This document shows, piece after piece, positions 19,428 through 30,041 of a DNA stretch of 64,000 bases (position 1 is the stretch's first letter; every line of letters starts with the position of its first letter). Origin of the DNA: an uncultured Gammaproteobacteria bacterium. Its GTDB lineage: Bacteria > Patescibacteriota > Microgenomatia > Levybacterales > GWA1-39-11. The notes under the pieces are model-generated. The model was not told the origin of the DNA. It saw only the letters and a program-made list of their open reading frames with translations, and searched no databases. Where the stretch lies: NCBI GenBank assembly GCA_964531275.1, contig CAZHDZ010000004.1, forward strand, positions 73,887-137,886, read 5' to 3'. Both the position numbers and the translations under genes were made by a program.

Positions 19428-21626
19428 CTACTGATTATTATTGTCTTCCGTCGCGGGGCCACTGAGGAATTCGTCAGCATTTCTTACTAGAACATCTCTT
19501 GGTTTTGATCCATCTGCAGGTCCAACGACACCAGCTTCTTCTAATTGCTCGAGCAAACGGGCTGCTCTATTAAATCCGACTTGCAAGCGTCGCTGAATAA
19601 GCGATGCGCTTGCTCTATCATGTTGAGAAATCATACGCACCGTCTGCTCAAAAAGCTCGTCTCTTCCTTCATCGCCACCTACCGTAGTTATTCCACCACG
19701 ACCCTTTATATTAACTGCTTGCTGAATAACCTCTTGAGTGTATTCTACAGGAATACCCTTTGACTTAATAAAGTTAGTAAGACGTTTTACATCTTGATCC
19801 GAAACAAAAGTACCCTGAATTCTTGTAGGTCTGGCTTGATCTGGAGGGACATATAACATATCTCCTTTTCCAAGAAGTTTTTCAGCTCCTGGGCCATCAA
19901 TAATAACCTTTGAGTCAATTCCTGAAGATACATTAAATGCTATGCGACATGGGATATTTGCCTTAATAAGACCGGTTATAACATCCACCGATGGACGCTG
20001 TGTTGCAAGAACAAGATGTATTCCGGTAGCACGAGCCATCTGTGCAAGACGGGCAATACTATCTTCAACCTCGACAGGAGCAAGCGCCATAAGATCTGCT
20101 AATTCGTCCATAACGATGATGATGTAAGGTATTGCCTGAAAACCAGCAAGCTCATTGTAACTATCAAGATTTTTAACTCCGGCTTCTGCAAATTTTGTAT
20201 ATCGCTTATCCATCTCTTTAAGTGCCCATTTAAGTGCAGATACTGATTGGTCTGCCTCAACAATCACTGGGGAGAGTAAATGAGGTATATCATTGTATCC
20301 TGTTAACTCGACTCTTTTAGGATCTATCATGATGAATTTAACTTCGGAAGGAGAGGCCCTAAAAAGAATTGATGAAATAAATGCATTTACCATAACGGAT
20401 TTACCAGATCCAGTAGTACCTGCGATAAGTACATGGGGCATCTTTGAAATATCTGCAACGACCGGATCTCCTGACACATTAAGCCCTAACGGTACGGCAA
20501 GTTTTGATTTTGTCTCTTGCATCTTTTTTGTTTCAAGCATCGCCCGAAGACCAACGAATTCCAGGGACGTATTTGGAATTTCGATTCCCACAAGACTTCT
20601 TCCGGGGATAGGAGCTTCAATTCTAATTTGTCCACCAGGAGCCTCTGTTGCAAGTGCAAGGTCATTTGATAAGGTAGTTATCTTTGTAAGCTTTGTTCCT
20701 TCCGGAATACGAATAGCATACTGGGTAACGGATGGACCGACATTAATCTCGGCAACCTGGGCTTTGACTCCAAAACTTTGAAGAGTTCTTTCAATTGTCC
20801 CCGCAGTCCTCTTAACATCCCCTGTGTCTCTTTTCTTTTCTTTATTTTCTGTCAGAAGTGAGAATGGAGGGTATTCCCACATTCCCATTTCCAACGGCTT
20901 ATTAAGAATCATCTCTTCAGGAAGAACTCCCTTCTTTGGCATTGGCGCAGGTGCCATTGTTGGGGCAGCTGACTTTGCTGGAGCGGCGGCTGCCTCAAGC
21001 TTTGCCTCAGATATCTTAACGTCACTACTATCATCAATTCCCTTAATTTTCATTGGAGTCATATCAGTTGCAAATTTATCCTTGGTCTTAAGCAACGGCA
21101 CCGTTGCTTTTCCAACTCCACTTCCAGCACCCTTTATTGAATTGAAAAGATACATTCCTATCTCTGTAAAAGATAGGTTCATGCACACAACAAACCCTAT
21201 AAAAGCACCCAATGCAAAGAGGAGCACGCTTAAGATCGGTCCGATAATGCTACTAAGATAATAAAAAAGATCATGTCCAACCATCCCGCTTTGAAATAAT
21301 CCCAATATAGAAATCGTAAAAACAATAAATCCAATAGAGATATTTGGACGAGAAAGACTATTTTTCATCTGCAATATGAATAAGGCGACCAAGACACAAA
21401 CAATTGGAATCAAAAATGAGAAAAACCCAAAAAAGTTAATTAAGAAGTCATTAAGTTGCATCAAGGCTGATCCGCTTCGAGTGTAAGAGACAACGCAGGC
21501 AATCGCTGCAAAGACAAGGCTAATCGCAGATACTGTATAAACTGTTCCCTTTTTGAGTTTTAGGCCACCACCACCACTTCTTCTTTTGTATGAACCCCTC
21601 TTCTTTACTTTTTTCTTTTTGGCCAT
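19428..21626 (-). CDS. ftsK: DNA translocase FtsK/SpoIIIE
   Basis: 4TM N-terminus, PHVLIAGTTGSGKS, LATQRPS, gamma domain QRRLQVGFNRAAR. Confidence 0.98.
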   Translation of the reverse strand: MAKKKKVKKRGSYKRRSGGGGLKLKKGTVYTVSAISLVFAAIACVVSYTRSGSALMQLNDFLINFFGFFSFLIPIVCVLVALFILQMKNSLSRPNISIGFIVFTISILGLFQSGMVGHDLFYYLSSIIGPILSVLLFALGAFIGFVVCMNLSFTEIGMYLFNSIKGAGSGVGKATVPLLKTKDKFATDMTPMKIKGIDDSSDVKISEAKLEAAAAPAKSAAPTMAPAPMPKKGVLPEEMILNKPLEMGMWEYPPFSLLTENKEKKRDTGDVKRTAGTIERTLQSFGVKAQVAEINVGPSVTQYAIRIPEGTKLTKITTLSNDLALATEAPGGQIRIEAPIPGRSLVGIEIPNTSLEFVGLRAMLETKKMQETKSKLAVPLGLNVSGDPVVADISKMPHVLIAGTTGSGKSVMVNAFISSILFRASPSEVKFIMIDPKRVELTGYNDIPHLLSPVIVEADQSVSALKWALKEMDKRYTKFAEAGVKNLDSYNELAGFQAIPYIIIVMDELADLMALAPVEVEDSIARLAQMARATGIHLVLATQRPSVDVITGLIKANIPCRIAFNVSSGIDSKVIIDGPGAEKLLGKGDMLYVPPDQARPTRIQGTFVSDQDVKRLTNFIKSKGIPVEYTQEVIQQAVNIKGRGGITTVGGDEGRDELFEQTVRMISQHDRASASLIQRRLQVGFNRAARLLEQLEEAGVVGPADGSKPRDVLVRNADEFLSGPATEDNNNQ

Positions 21627-21642
21627 AGTATGTCATTATAGC

Positions 21643-21727
21643 AATAATCAAATTCCAATTCACCAAAGTATTTAGAGCCTAATATGATAAGTGAATTTGA
21701 AAATTGGTATTTGGAATTTTAAAATTA
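21643..21727. repeat. 7-nt periodic inverted element
   Basis: aataatc aaattcc aattcac ... gtgaatt tgaaaat tggtatt tggaatt; same style as the 6258 and 6558 elements. Confidence 0.5.
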
Positions 21728-23428
21728 GATGTTCCAGGCCTTCTCTTTATATTCTTGAATGCAGCGATTTGTATTGAAGAATGCACCTAGCGTTATTGCA
21801 TGTTTCATCCTGTGCATCCAATCGTTTTTATTATTGTAATAAAGAGGAATAATTTCATTCTGTAGCTTATTGTACATATCATCAATATCCTGCTTGTCAT
21901 CATTTATAGGGGCAAGACTCGTATCATTTGGCCCGATTGAAAACCCAGACTCGCTATCCATCTCGTAACCCTCAATCCACCATCCATCAAGAACAGAAAA
22001 ATTCAGCACACCATTTAATGCTGCTTTCATACCACTAGTGCCTGATGCCTCAAGAGGTCTTCTTGGAGTGTTGAGCCATACATCCGACCCTCTAACCAAC
22101 TGACGGGCAAGTAGTGGGGAATAATTCTCTAGATATACAACTTTTATACGTCCTCTCAATTTTTTAGAAATATCAATAATCTCCTTTACAAAATTTTTGG
22201 CCATCTCGTCTCCGGGGGCTGCTTTACCACATTGAATGATCTGCAATTTACCATCACCAATGGTAAGTAGCCTCTCAAGATCAGAATACAGTAATAGTGG
22301 TCGCTTATAAGGAACGAGGCGTCTGGCAAGAGATATAGTCAGAATATCTATATCGAATTGTTCTGGCTCTGGTGGATTTTCCCTTTCCTCCTCACTATTA
22401 ACTGAGGTTAGATGATTGTTAACATGATCCAAAAGCCTGCTTTTCTCCGCCTGATGTGCACGCCATAATTCTTCATCAGGAATCTTATCAACTGCCTCTT
22501 TAAATACGCCGGGATTATGTATCCATTCTGGCAGGAATTTATCATATAAATTTGCGAGCTCTGTACCTATCCACGTCCTGTGATGCACGCCATTTGTAAT
22601 TGCCTTTATGTGGAACTGAGGGAACATTGCAGCCGTAACCTGTCCGTGTTTCTGGCTAACACCAAAAGCAACATTGCTCATACTCATACCAAGAATTGTT
22701 GTATGCAATTCTTTTTCGCTCGCAATTTTTTTTATATGCCAAGGCAAATTGTCTCCTGCTATCTTGTGTGCGTAATCGTAATCAAATTTGTCATGCCCTT
22801 CAGGAATTGGCGTATGCGTAGTAAAGACACACAATTTTTTTACAGCCTCGTCGTCAAATCCCTTTTCAGAAAGCAACCCAAGTGGAACAAAAGAAGCATG
22901 GCCTTCATTCATATGAAATGTTTTGACGTCATGATATCCAAGACTTCTTAGCATCTTAACGCCACCGATTCCCAGGAGCACTTCTTGATCTAGTCTTACT
23001 CCACCCCCATACAGATTTTGCGTAAGACTTTTGGCATATTCAGAGTTATCTATAAAATCTGTATCTAGAAGATAGACGGGAACCACAAATTCATCAATTC
23101 CTGTTATGTCATACCTCCAGCAACCAACAATAACTTTTTGTCCTTGGATAGTAACTTCAACTCTATTTGGTAACTTTGTGAGTTGATCATTCTTATGCCA
23201 GACCAAAGACTCGTAATCCTGAGATCCTTCTGTAGTAATAACCTGACGATAGGTGCTGTCATTGTAAACCAAAGACATCCCAACTACAGGCACTTTCATG
23301 TCTGCACAAGAGCGCATAAGGTCTCCAGCCAATACCCCAAGTCCGCCGGCATAGGTTGGAATATCTGATTCCAACATAAATTCCATTGAGAAGTAAGCAC
23401 AATCGAGGGTGGGACGTTTTGTTTCCAT
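21725..23428 (-). CDS. glgP: alpha-glucan (glycogen/maltodextrin) phosphorylase
   Basis: YFSMEF, YAGGLGVLAGD, HMNEGH, EASGTSGMK (PLP lysine). Confidence 0.95.
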   Translation of the reverse strand: METKRPTLDCAYFSMEFMLESDIPTYAGGLGVLAGDLMRSCADMKVPVVGMSLVYNDSTYRQVITTEGSQDYESLVWHKNDQLTKLPNRVEVTIQGQKVIVGCWRYDITGIDEFVVPVYLLDTDFIDNSEYAKSLTQNLYGGGVRLDQEVLLGIGGVKMLRSLGYHDVKTFHMNEGHASFVPLGLLSEKGFDDEAVKKLCVFTTHTPIPEGHDKFDYDYAHKIAGDNLPWHIKKIASEKELHTTILGMSMSNVAFGVSQKHGQVTAAMFPQFHIKAITNGVHHRTWIGTELANLYDKFLPEWIHNPGVFKEAVDKIPDEELWRAHQAEKSRLLDHVNNHLTSVNSEEERENPPEPEQFDIDILTISLARRLVPYKRPLLLYSDLERLLTIGDGKLQIIQCGKAAPGDEMAKNFVKEIIDISKKLRGRIKVVYLENYSPLLARQLVRGSDVWLNTPRRPLEASGTSGMKAALNGVLNFSVLDGWWIEGYEMDSESGFSIGPNDTSLAPINDDKQDIDDMYNKLQNEIIPLYYNNKNDWMHRMKHAITLGAFFNTNRCIQEYKEKAWNI

Positions 23429-23538
23429 GGGCAGTAATTTATTGTAGCGTATTTTGAGCCAGAGAGGAATATTCTTTACAAAAAGTCTAGTAGCAGTAAG
23501 TCAAACTCCAAAAAATAGCCCTATGTCCAAAATCCATA

Positions 23539-23970
23539 TTATTTAACCTTAAAATATAAAATCCCATCTTTCTGTGTTTTCCCATTGCTTAGCATGTATA
23601 ACGAATATACAAGTGGAACTAAAATCAAACCCCTAAATGCCACCCTGGCCAAATTAGAATCTAATTTAAAACCAGGTGCAATAAAACCCAAATCTACTAT
23701 TTTCGCGATCTGTGGGAGAAGAAAACTAAGAATCAAAGTTACTACAACTAAGAAAAGGGTGATCCTCCAAATTTTTCTGTTGCTTACCTTCATAGCAAAG
23801 GCGTAGATAATTATTCCATATACTCCAATTGCCGATAAAACCAACCCCAATATATAAAAGGGGCTTGTAAGCATTGCTGGATCGACAGCATTTGCTACAA
23901 GATAAAACCACATTAGAAATTGGTATATCAGATAGAATAAATATAGAACAGCAAGTGTTTTCCAAAACAT
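23539..23970 (-). CDS. hypothetical 4-TM membrane protein
   Basis: Four hydrophobic segments. Confidence 0.7.
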   Translation of the reverse strand: MFWKTLAVLYLFYLIYQFLMWFYLVANAVDPAMLTSPFYILGLVLSAIGVYGIIIYAFAMKVSNRKIWRITLFLVVVTLILSFLLPQIAKIVDLGFIAPGFKLDSNLARVAFRGLILVPLVYSLYMLSNGKTQKDGILYFKVK

Positions 23971-24078
23971 AGGCTCATCAATCGTAACATACTCAAGAAT
24001 TAATAGACAATCATCTCAAATTGTTCTTCCAAAGAACATACTGTCACCGTTACACATCGCACTCATGGTGTGTAATTG

Positions 24079-24939
24079 TTAGTTGGCAAATTTAATAGTC
24101 GTTTCGGGGAGTTGGATTTCTGGTATTTCTACTCTTAAGCGTTCTATATCTTCTTTGTCCATTTTGAAATCAAAGGACTTTAGATTTTCCATTAAGTGAC
24201 TTTGGTTACTCATCTTGGAGATCACTATAATGTCCTGGGAAATTAGCCAATTTATGACAATTTGAGGCCTGCTCTTGCCATACTTTTTACACATCTCTTC
24301 TATTACTGAAATTTCCTTCTCAATAAGAGCCCCTCTTTCGATGGGTCTATATGCCATGACCATAATGTCATTTTCGCGGCAGTAGTCGACTGCATCCTGG
24401 AGATTTTGGTAAGCCAAATTGTAATGAAGTTGATTAACAACGATTTTATTTTTTGTCACGGACTGAGCTTCTTTTAACTCTTCAACCGTAAAATTACTCA
24501 CTCCAATTTCCCGAATAAGACCCTTTTCTTTCAATTCGTCTAAAGCCCTAAATGTTTCCTTTATTGGAAATTGTGGGTTAGGAGCATGGACCAAATAAAG
24601 ATCTAAATAATCAGTTCTTAGTCTTTCAAGAGACTTATGACATGCACTTATTACTTCTTCATACGAAAGGTTACCCTTAAAAACTTTACTAACTATGAAT
24701 AATTTATCTCTATCAAATCCCTTTATAGCAGCACCAACCAATTCCTCAGCGTGCCCAGCTCCATACAGTTCTGCAGTATCAATAAGTGTTACTCCTAGTT
24801 CTAGGGCTATGCGAATACCTTTTCTATCTTGCTCGTCATTTTTAGTATCAACAGTAAGCATTCCTCCCACCTTCCACGTTCCGATTCCAAAAACAGGCAT
24901 AGTAAAGCCGCTTTTTAGACTTTTTGTAGGTATATTCAT
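24079..24939 (-). CDS. aldo/keto reductase
   Basis: GIGTW, IDTAELYG, DYLDLYLVH, IGVSNF. Confidence 0.96.
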   Translation of the reverse strand: MNIPTKSLKSGFTMPVFGIGTWKVGGMLTVDTKNDEQDRKGIRIALELGVTLIDTAELYGAGHAEELVGAAIKGFDRDKLFIVSKVFKGNLSYEEVISACHKSLERLRTDYLDLYLVHAPNPQFPIKETFRALDELKEKGLIREIGVSNFTVEELKEAQSVTKNKIVVNQLHYNLAYQNLQDAVDYCRENDIMVMAYRPIERGALIEKEISVIEEMCKKYGKSRPQIVINWLISQDIIVISKMSNQSHLMENLKSFDFKMDKEDIERLRVEIPEIQLPETTIKFAN

Positions 24940-24993
24940 TGGGGTTAGTATAACAGAGTTCTTGAATTAAATAGATTGTGATACAGTAAATCT

Positions 24994-27432
24994 ATGGAAG
25001 AAATAGAAAGCCAAAAAGAACAATCGGGGATTATATCAGAACCCCCAATTCTAGCTTCAAAAAATCCTACAAGCCCCTCAATCTTTTGGATTAAAAAAAA
25101 TAGAGTTATTGTTGCAATTTTGGGAATTGTTCTTATAGCGGTCCTTGCTGCTGTAGCCTATAAAATGTTTTTCGGAAATTCTGTAACAAGCCTTCTTTAT
25201 CAGAATAAAACTTCCGATTCACCAACTGATTACAATATTAATTACTCTTTTGCAGAATATAAAATTTCAAATACAAAATTCCAGCCAAGTCTTCCAGACT
25301 ATTCGATAGGGCTTTCTGAGATTTCAAATCTTACTGCTTTTGAAGGTGCAACAAAAGTGCCCTTTAACGATGGCCAGAAGACTGCTCTTGCAACAACCAA
25401 TTTCTTCATATCAAAAAATACCGATAAGTTCTGGGGTGATAATCTTGAAGACGCAACCAGCCGCAACGATGACTGGACACAACTATATTCAACGATAGGT
25501 GGAGGAGGAATCTGGGAACGAAAACCTGAAAATTCCGTATTTATATCTTCGGATTTCTTACTTCATGTGTATCACAAGCTTTTAGAAATGCAGTTTGAAT
25601 ATATAGAAAATACAAAGTTCTACCCGCTTCTTAAAGATATAACAGATACAGCATTTGAAAAAGCTGTTGGAGAATATAAGACTTCAGATAACGAAAATAA
25701 GCAAAGCTTCGAGCGAGTAATTGCTTATTTTGCAGTGCCAAAGGCAATCCTTGATGCGGCGCAGAGCGAATTTAGTACAGAAAAAAGCGTAGACACCAAA
25801 GTCGACACTAAAGATGCTATGACCAATGCTCTTACCGCATTAAAAGGTCAAATGCCAACAACCTCCTACGAGCAGGCACAGACAGAACTGAATCGAATAA
25901 TTGAGTCAAAAGATAATTCACCATCAAAAATATTTGGACAGTATCTAGGTAATACCAATGTTTCTGTTAACCACGATTATTCTCAATACACACCACGCAG
26001 TCATTACAATAAAAATTCCGTTTTAAGAAGTTACTTCAGAGCCATGATGTGGTATGGAAGAAATAATTTTGCCCTAGAAAGTCCGGAGCTTACCAGAGAT
26101 GCTCTAAATATAAGCTTGATCATGAAAAATTCTGGACAACTTAAAAATTGGGAATACATATATATACCAACTGCATTTCTTGTTGGAAAGTCTGATGACT
26201 TGGGTATATTTGAATATTCAGAAGCTCTAAAAGGACAAAAAGCTGGAAAGGTTACAAAGCAAGTTGTTGCTAAAGTCCAGAAGGATATGAGTCAATACAC
26301 CGGCCCTAAAATCCAGTCATCCATTATGATTGGTCCTGGAGTAATGGATCTTACAAAAGATGAATTACTTAGCAAAACAAAAGGATTTTACTTTATGGGA
26401 CAGCGATTTACACCGGACGCTCTAATATATACAACGCTTACTCAAGGGGATGAAAAACCAGATCCAGCAACTAACCAGTATCTTCCAAGTATGACAACAG
26501 CTCTTATGGCAATGGATATTTTAGGGAGCAAAACATCTAAAACTCATGTAAATGAATGGATACAAACAAATGCCCAGAATGCTGATAAAGTCCTTGCTAA
26601 CAGACTCACTCTTTTAAGAGACGAATTTGCGAAAATACCTGATACCGTTTGGACGCAAAATATTTATTGGGGCTGGCTTCATACAATACGCTCTCTATTC
26701 ACAGAAGATCTGAACAAAAAAGGGTATCCTAACTTCGTTAAATCTGAAGACTGGAATAACAAGAATCTTCAAACAGCTTTAGGGTCTTATACAGAACTCA
26801 AGCATGACACCCTTCTTTATGCAAAACAATCGTATGCAGAAATGGGAGGCGGAGGGCCTCTTGAGAACCCACCACCAGTTCCAAAGGGATATGTAGAACC
26901 AAATATTCAATTCCTAGACCGTCTTATTGCCCTTACCGAAATGACAAGCAAGGGATTGAGCAATAGAGATTTGATAGATGGAACATTTAAATCTCGCAAC
27001 GAAGATTTTCTCGCAGCTGTAAAATTCTTCAAAGGAATTGCTGTTAAAGAACTTCAGAATGAAAAAATTACCGATGAAGAATTCGAGATCTTAAGAGGCA
27101 AGGGAGGATCCCTCACCCATATTCTTAGCGCACTTCCGGGCGAGGAAATGCTTGAAAAAAATGCACGCTCGGCACTTATTGCAGATATCCATACAGATGC
27201 TAAGAATCAGGAAATATTATACGAGGCAGATGGAATTCCAAACTACATATGGGTTGCCGTAAAAGACCAGAACGGAACAAGACTTACAAAGGGATTGGTA
27301 TACAGCTATTATGAATTTACAAATCCTTTGGGAAAGCGTCTTAATGATGAGGACTGGAGAAAGCTAAATTACACAAGGGATAAATCTGGTCTTCCTCAAT
27401 CACCTCTTTGGGTGCAATCTCTAATTAAATGA
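24994..27432 (+). CDS. DUF3160 family membrane-anchored protein
   Basis: TM anchor; DYSQYTPRSHY, YFRAMMWYG, ELKHDTLLYAKQ, GYVEP. Confidence 0.85.
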   Translation: MEEIESQKEQSGIISEPPILASKNPTSPSIFWIKKNRVIVAILGIVLIAVLAAVAYKMFFGNSVTSLLYQNKTSDSPTDYNINYSFAEYKISNTKFQPSLPDYSIGLSEISNLTAFEGATKVPFNDGQKTALATTNFFISKNTDKFWGDNLEDATSRNDDWTQLYSTIGGGGIWERKPENSVFISSDFLLHVYHKLLEMQFEYIENTKFYPLLKDITDTAFEKAVGEYKTSDNENKQSFERVIAYFAVPKAILDAAQSEFSTEKSVDTKVDTKDAMTNALTALKGQMPTTSYEQAQTELNRIIESKDNSPSKIFGQYLGNTNVSVNHDYSQYTPRSHYNKNSVLRSYFRAMMWYGRNNFALESPELTRDALNISLIMKNSGQLKNWEYIYIPTAFLVGKSDDLGIFEYSEALKGQKAGKVTKQVVAKVQKDMSQYTGPKIQSSIMIGPGVMDLTKDELLSKTKGFYFMGQRFTPDALIYTTLTQGDEKPDPATNQYLPSMTTALMAMDILGSKTSKTHVNEWIQTNAQNADKVLANRLTLLRDEFAKIPDTVWTQNIYWGWLHTIRSLFTEDLNKKGYPNFVKSEDWNNKNLQTALGSYTELKHDTLLYAKQSYAEMGGGGPLENPPPVPKGYVEPNIQFLDRLIALTEMTSKGLSNRDLIDGTFKSRNEDFLAAVKFFKGIAVKELQNEKITDEEFEILRGKGGSLTHILSALPGEEMLEKNARSALIADIHTDAKNQEILYEADGIPNYIWVAVKDQNGTRLTKGLVYSYYEFTNPLGKRLNDEDWRKLNYTRDKSGLPQSPLWVQSLIK

Positions 27433-28301
27433 GTCGAAAATTGATTCTTATTTTTATTGCATTCGCAGCTATTAGCTCTTTTGTTTTTCTTACTATTAAA
27501 AACCCAAAAAACCCAGAACCTACGAAAGTTGAATACCTTGAAAGCTATTTTAAAAATCTAGATGACTACAATGCATCTTTTACTAAGTTTGCAAAGACCA
27601 GTAAGCTTCCAATAAATATCGTAATAACGAGCCATCATTTCTTAGCTCGTGATGTTATTGCGCAGACATTATCAAATGTTGATCCGAAAAGAATTGAGAA
27701 AGTGATAATTATCGCCCCAGACCACTTTCAAAAACTTTCAAATACTAAATATCTTGCTCAGACAATTGATAACGACTGGATAACGCCTTTTGGAATTATG
27801 AAAGCGGATAAGGAGTTGATCAAAAATATTTCAAAAGAAAAAGAAGTTTATTTTGACATCAATACATTTAGAAGCGAGCACGGAATTTACACTCTAGTTC
27901 CTTTTGCAAAAAAGCTATTTGCTAATGCGACAATTACCCCAATCGTCCTAAAGGCTTCTTCAGATTTTGATAAATTTTATGATTTAGGGCAGCATGTTCT
28001 TGGTCTAGTTGATTTTAATAAAACCCTACTTATTATCAGCAGCGACTTTTCCCATGAAGCATCAGTACAAAAAGCTTCTGAAAATGATAAAAAAAGTATC
28101 AGTGCTCTACAGACTATAGATATTAAAAAAATAAATCAAATTGAAAACGACTGCGGACAATGCATTGCTTTTATGTACGGTTTCATGGGTAAGAGTAATA
28201 CTTTTGTAATTGTCAAAAACACAAATTCATATGACGTTTCGGGTCATAGTCCTGAGAGTGTTACCAGTTACGTTAGCGGGTATTATAAAAAAACTAATTA
28301 G
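27429..28301 (+). CDS. MEMO1/AmmeMemoRadiSam-B family protein with N-terminal anchor
   Basis: SHH, PDHF, TPFG, EHG and SSDFSH motifs. Confidence 0.85.
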   Translation: MSRKLILIFIAFAAISSFVFLTIKNPKNPEPTKVEYLESYFKNLDDYNASFTKFAKTSKLPINIVITSHHFLARDVIAQTLSNVDPKRIEKVIIIAPDHFQKLSNTKYLAQTIDNDWITPFGIMKADKELIKNISKEKEVYFDINTFRSEHGIYTLVPFAKKLFANATITPIVLKASSDFDKFYDLGQHVLGLVDFNKTLLIISSDFSHEASVQKASENDKKSISALQTIDIKKINQIENDCGQCIAFMYGFMGKSNTFVIVKNTNSYDVSGHSPESVTSYVSGYYKKTN

Positions 28302-29185
28302 TTGCCTACCCACTGTGGTTGCGCGAATTCCTTAATGTATGTTGGGATTTTTTCTTCATTTTGAAGCTTATCATCACTGAATTTTAAATTCACAACAAGT
28401 CCTTTTCTTGTCTCCTCACTCCACATTTGATCAAATACAAGATTGCCCAGGGAATAATATACAGGCTTACCGATAATATGATCGCTCTCCTGCACCCAAT
28501 GCGGGTGGTGCCCGGCAATAACGTCAGCACCATTTTCAACTAAAATCTTTGCGATTTCTTTTTGCAGGGAAGTAGAATTTGCACTATATTCATTTCCCCA
28601 ATGCACACCAACAATAAGTAGATCTACAGAAAGCGCTGAATTTCTAACTAATAGATAGTCTTTGTCTGTGGGCTCTTTGGTTACAAAATCAAAACCCAAA
28701 AATCCAAAAGAATATCCATTAACTTTTCTAATTACAAGGTTATTGTCTCCAACATAATCTATTCTATTCTTTTTGAGATATTCTTTCGTTTGCTCAAAAC
28801 CATCTCTTCCATAGTTATACGTATGGTTATTGGCAAGATTTACAATATCGATACCCGCATATACAAGTCCCTCTACCATCTTTGGGTCTGCACAAAACTT
28901 AAATCCCGAATCTATAAATGGACAACTCTTAACAACAGGATTTTCTAGATTTACAAAGGTTAAATCAGCATTCCCAATTTTCGGATAGATTTTTTCAAAA
29001 GGGTACCTCGGATTTTTTATTGACATGCTATGTGACATTACGCTTCTTCCAAGCATCACATCCCCAGCAATAGTAATTGTTGTAGTGCTTGGTTTTTTGT
29101 GATTGGCTGAATTTGAGCTATATACAATAAAACTTAACACTAAGAAGAACACTACAAAAATACCAAAGAGAATAAATTCTTTCAC
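28298..29185 (-). CDS. CapA/PgsA family metallophosphatase
   Basis: GDVMLGR, NLE, LANNH, HWG.EY, GHHPH, YSLGN. Confidence 0.93.
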   Translation of the reverse strand: MKEFILFGIFVVFFLVLSFIVYSSNSANHKKPSTTTITIAGDVMLGRSVMSHSMSIKNPRYPFEKIYPKIGNADLTFVNLENPVVKSCPFIDSGFKFCADPKMVEGLVYAGIDIVNLANNHTYNYGRDGFEQTKEYLKKNRIDYVGDNNLVIRKVNGYSFGFLGFDFVTKEPTDKDYLLVRNSALSVDLLIVGVHWGNEYSANSTSLQKEIAKILVENGADVIAGHHPHWVQESDHIIGKPVYYSLGNLVFDQMWSEETRKGLVVNLKFSDDKLQNEEKIPTYIKEFAQPQWVGN

Positions 29186-29237
29186 AAATTAAGTATAGCA
29201 ACATAAATGGATATTCTTTTATATGTATAATACTCAT

Positions 29238-30041
29238 ATGAAATTTGTTTGCGTTGGAGAGGTAGCAATTGATAGATATATCGGGGGAAGTGATCACGCA
29301 GGGGGGAATACTTTTAATGTTGCAAAAGTACTTAAAAGAATAGACCCGACAAACGATGTTTTTCTTGTTAGTGCTATCGGTAGTGATGAGGAGGGGAAGT
29401 ATCTTTTAGAAAAAATTATGGAAACTGGTGTTGCTCCGATACTCCAAATGACTAAGGAAAAGAGCTCTCTGATTGAAATAAGGATAGCAGATAATGACAG
29501 GTACTTACAAAAATATGCTGCAGGAGTTATCGAGAAATTTGAGCTTGATAAAACTCAAATAGAAGTATTGGAAAATTCAGATGTTGCTATATATGTTTGT
29601 TTTAAAGAAATAGAACACCTATTTGTAAATTCTTTGTCTTATCCTAAAAAGGCACTAAAAGTCGCAGATTTTACTGATCTACTTGACTACAATAAGGATC
29701 TCTCAATTGTCAGAAAAACAATAAATAAACTTGATGTACTATTTTTTGGACTAAAAAAAAGTGATACAAAACTGATTAACGAACTTGAATCTTTATCATC
29801 AAAATTTGATAAATTAATCATAGTGACATTAGGAGAACATGGCTCGGTTGCATTTTTTGAGAATAAAAAATTTGAAGTACCTGCCCAAAAAGTCATAAAT
29901 GTCATTGACCCAACAGGCGCTGGCGATACTTTTCTTGCAACTTTCGTTAACTCATACGCAAAAGGTAAAAATATAAAGCTCTCACTTAAAAAAGCTTCGA
30001 TTGAAGCCTCAAAAACAATTCAAAGAATGGGGGTACTATGA
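29238..30041 (+). CDS. PfkB family carbohydrate kinase (fructoselysine-kinase-like)
   Basis: GGNTFNVA and DPTGAGDTF; start moved to 29238 (TATAAT 6 nt upstream). Confidence 0.9.
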   Translation: MKFVCVGEVAIDRYIGGSDHAGGNTFNVAKVLKRIDPTNDVFLVSAIGSDEEGKYLLEKIMETGVAPILQMTKEKSSLIEIRIADNDRYLQKYAAGVIEKFELDKTQIEVLENSDVAIYVCFKEIEHLFVNSLSYPKKALKVADFTDLLDYNKDLSIVRKTINKLDVLFFGLKKSDTKLINELESLSSKFDKLIIVTLGEHGSVAFFENKKFEVPAQKVINVIDPTGAGDTFLATFVNSYAKGKNIKLSLKKASIEASKTIQRMGVL

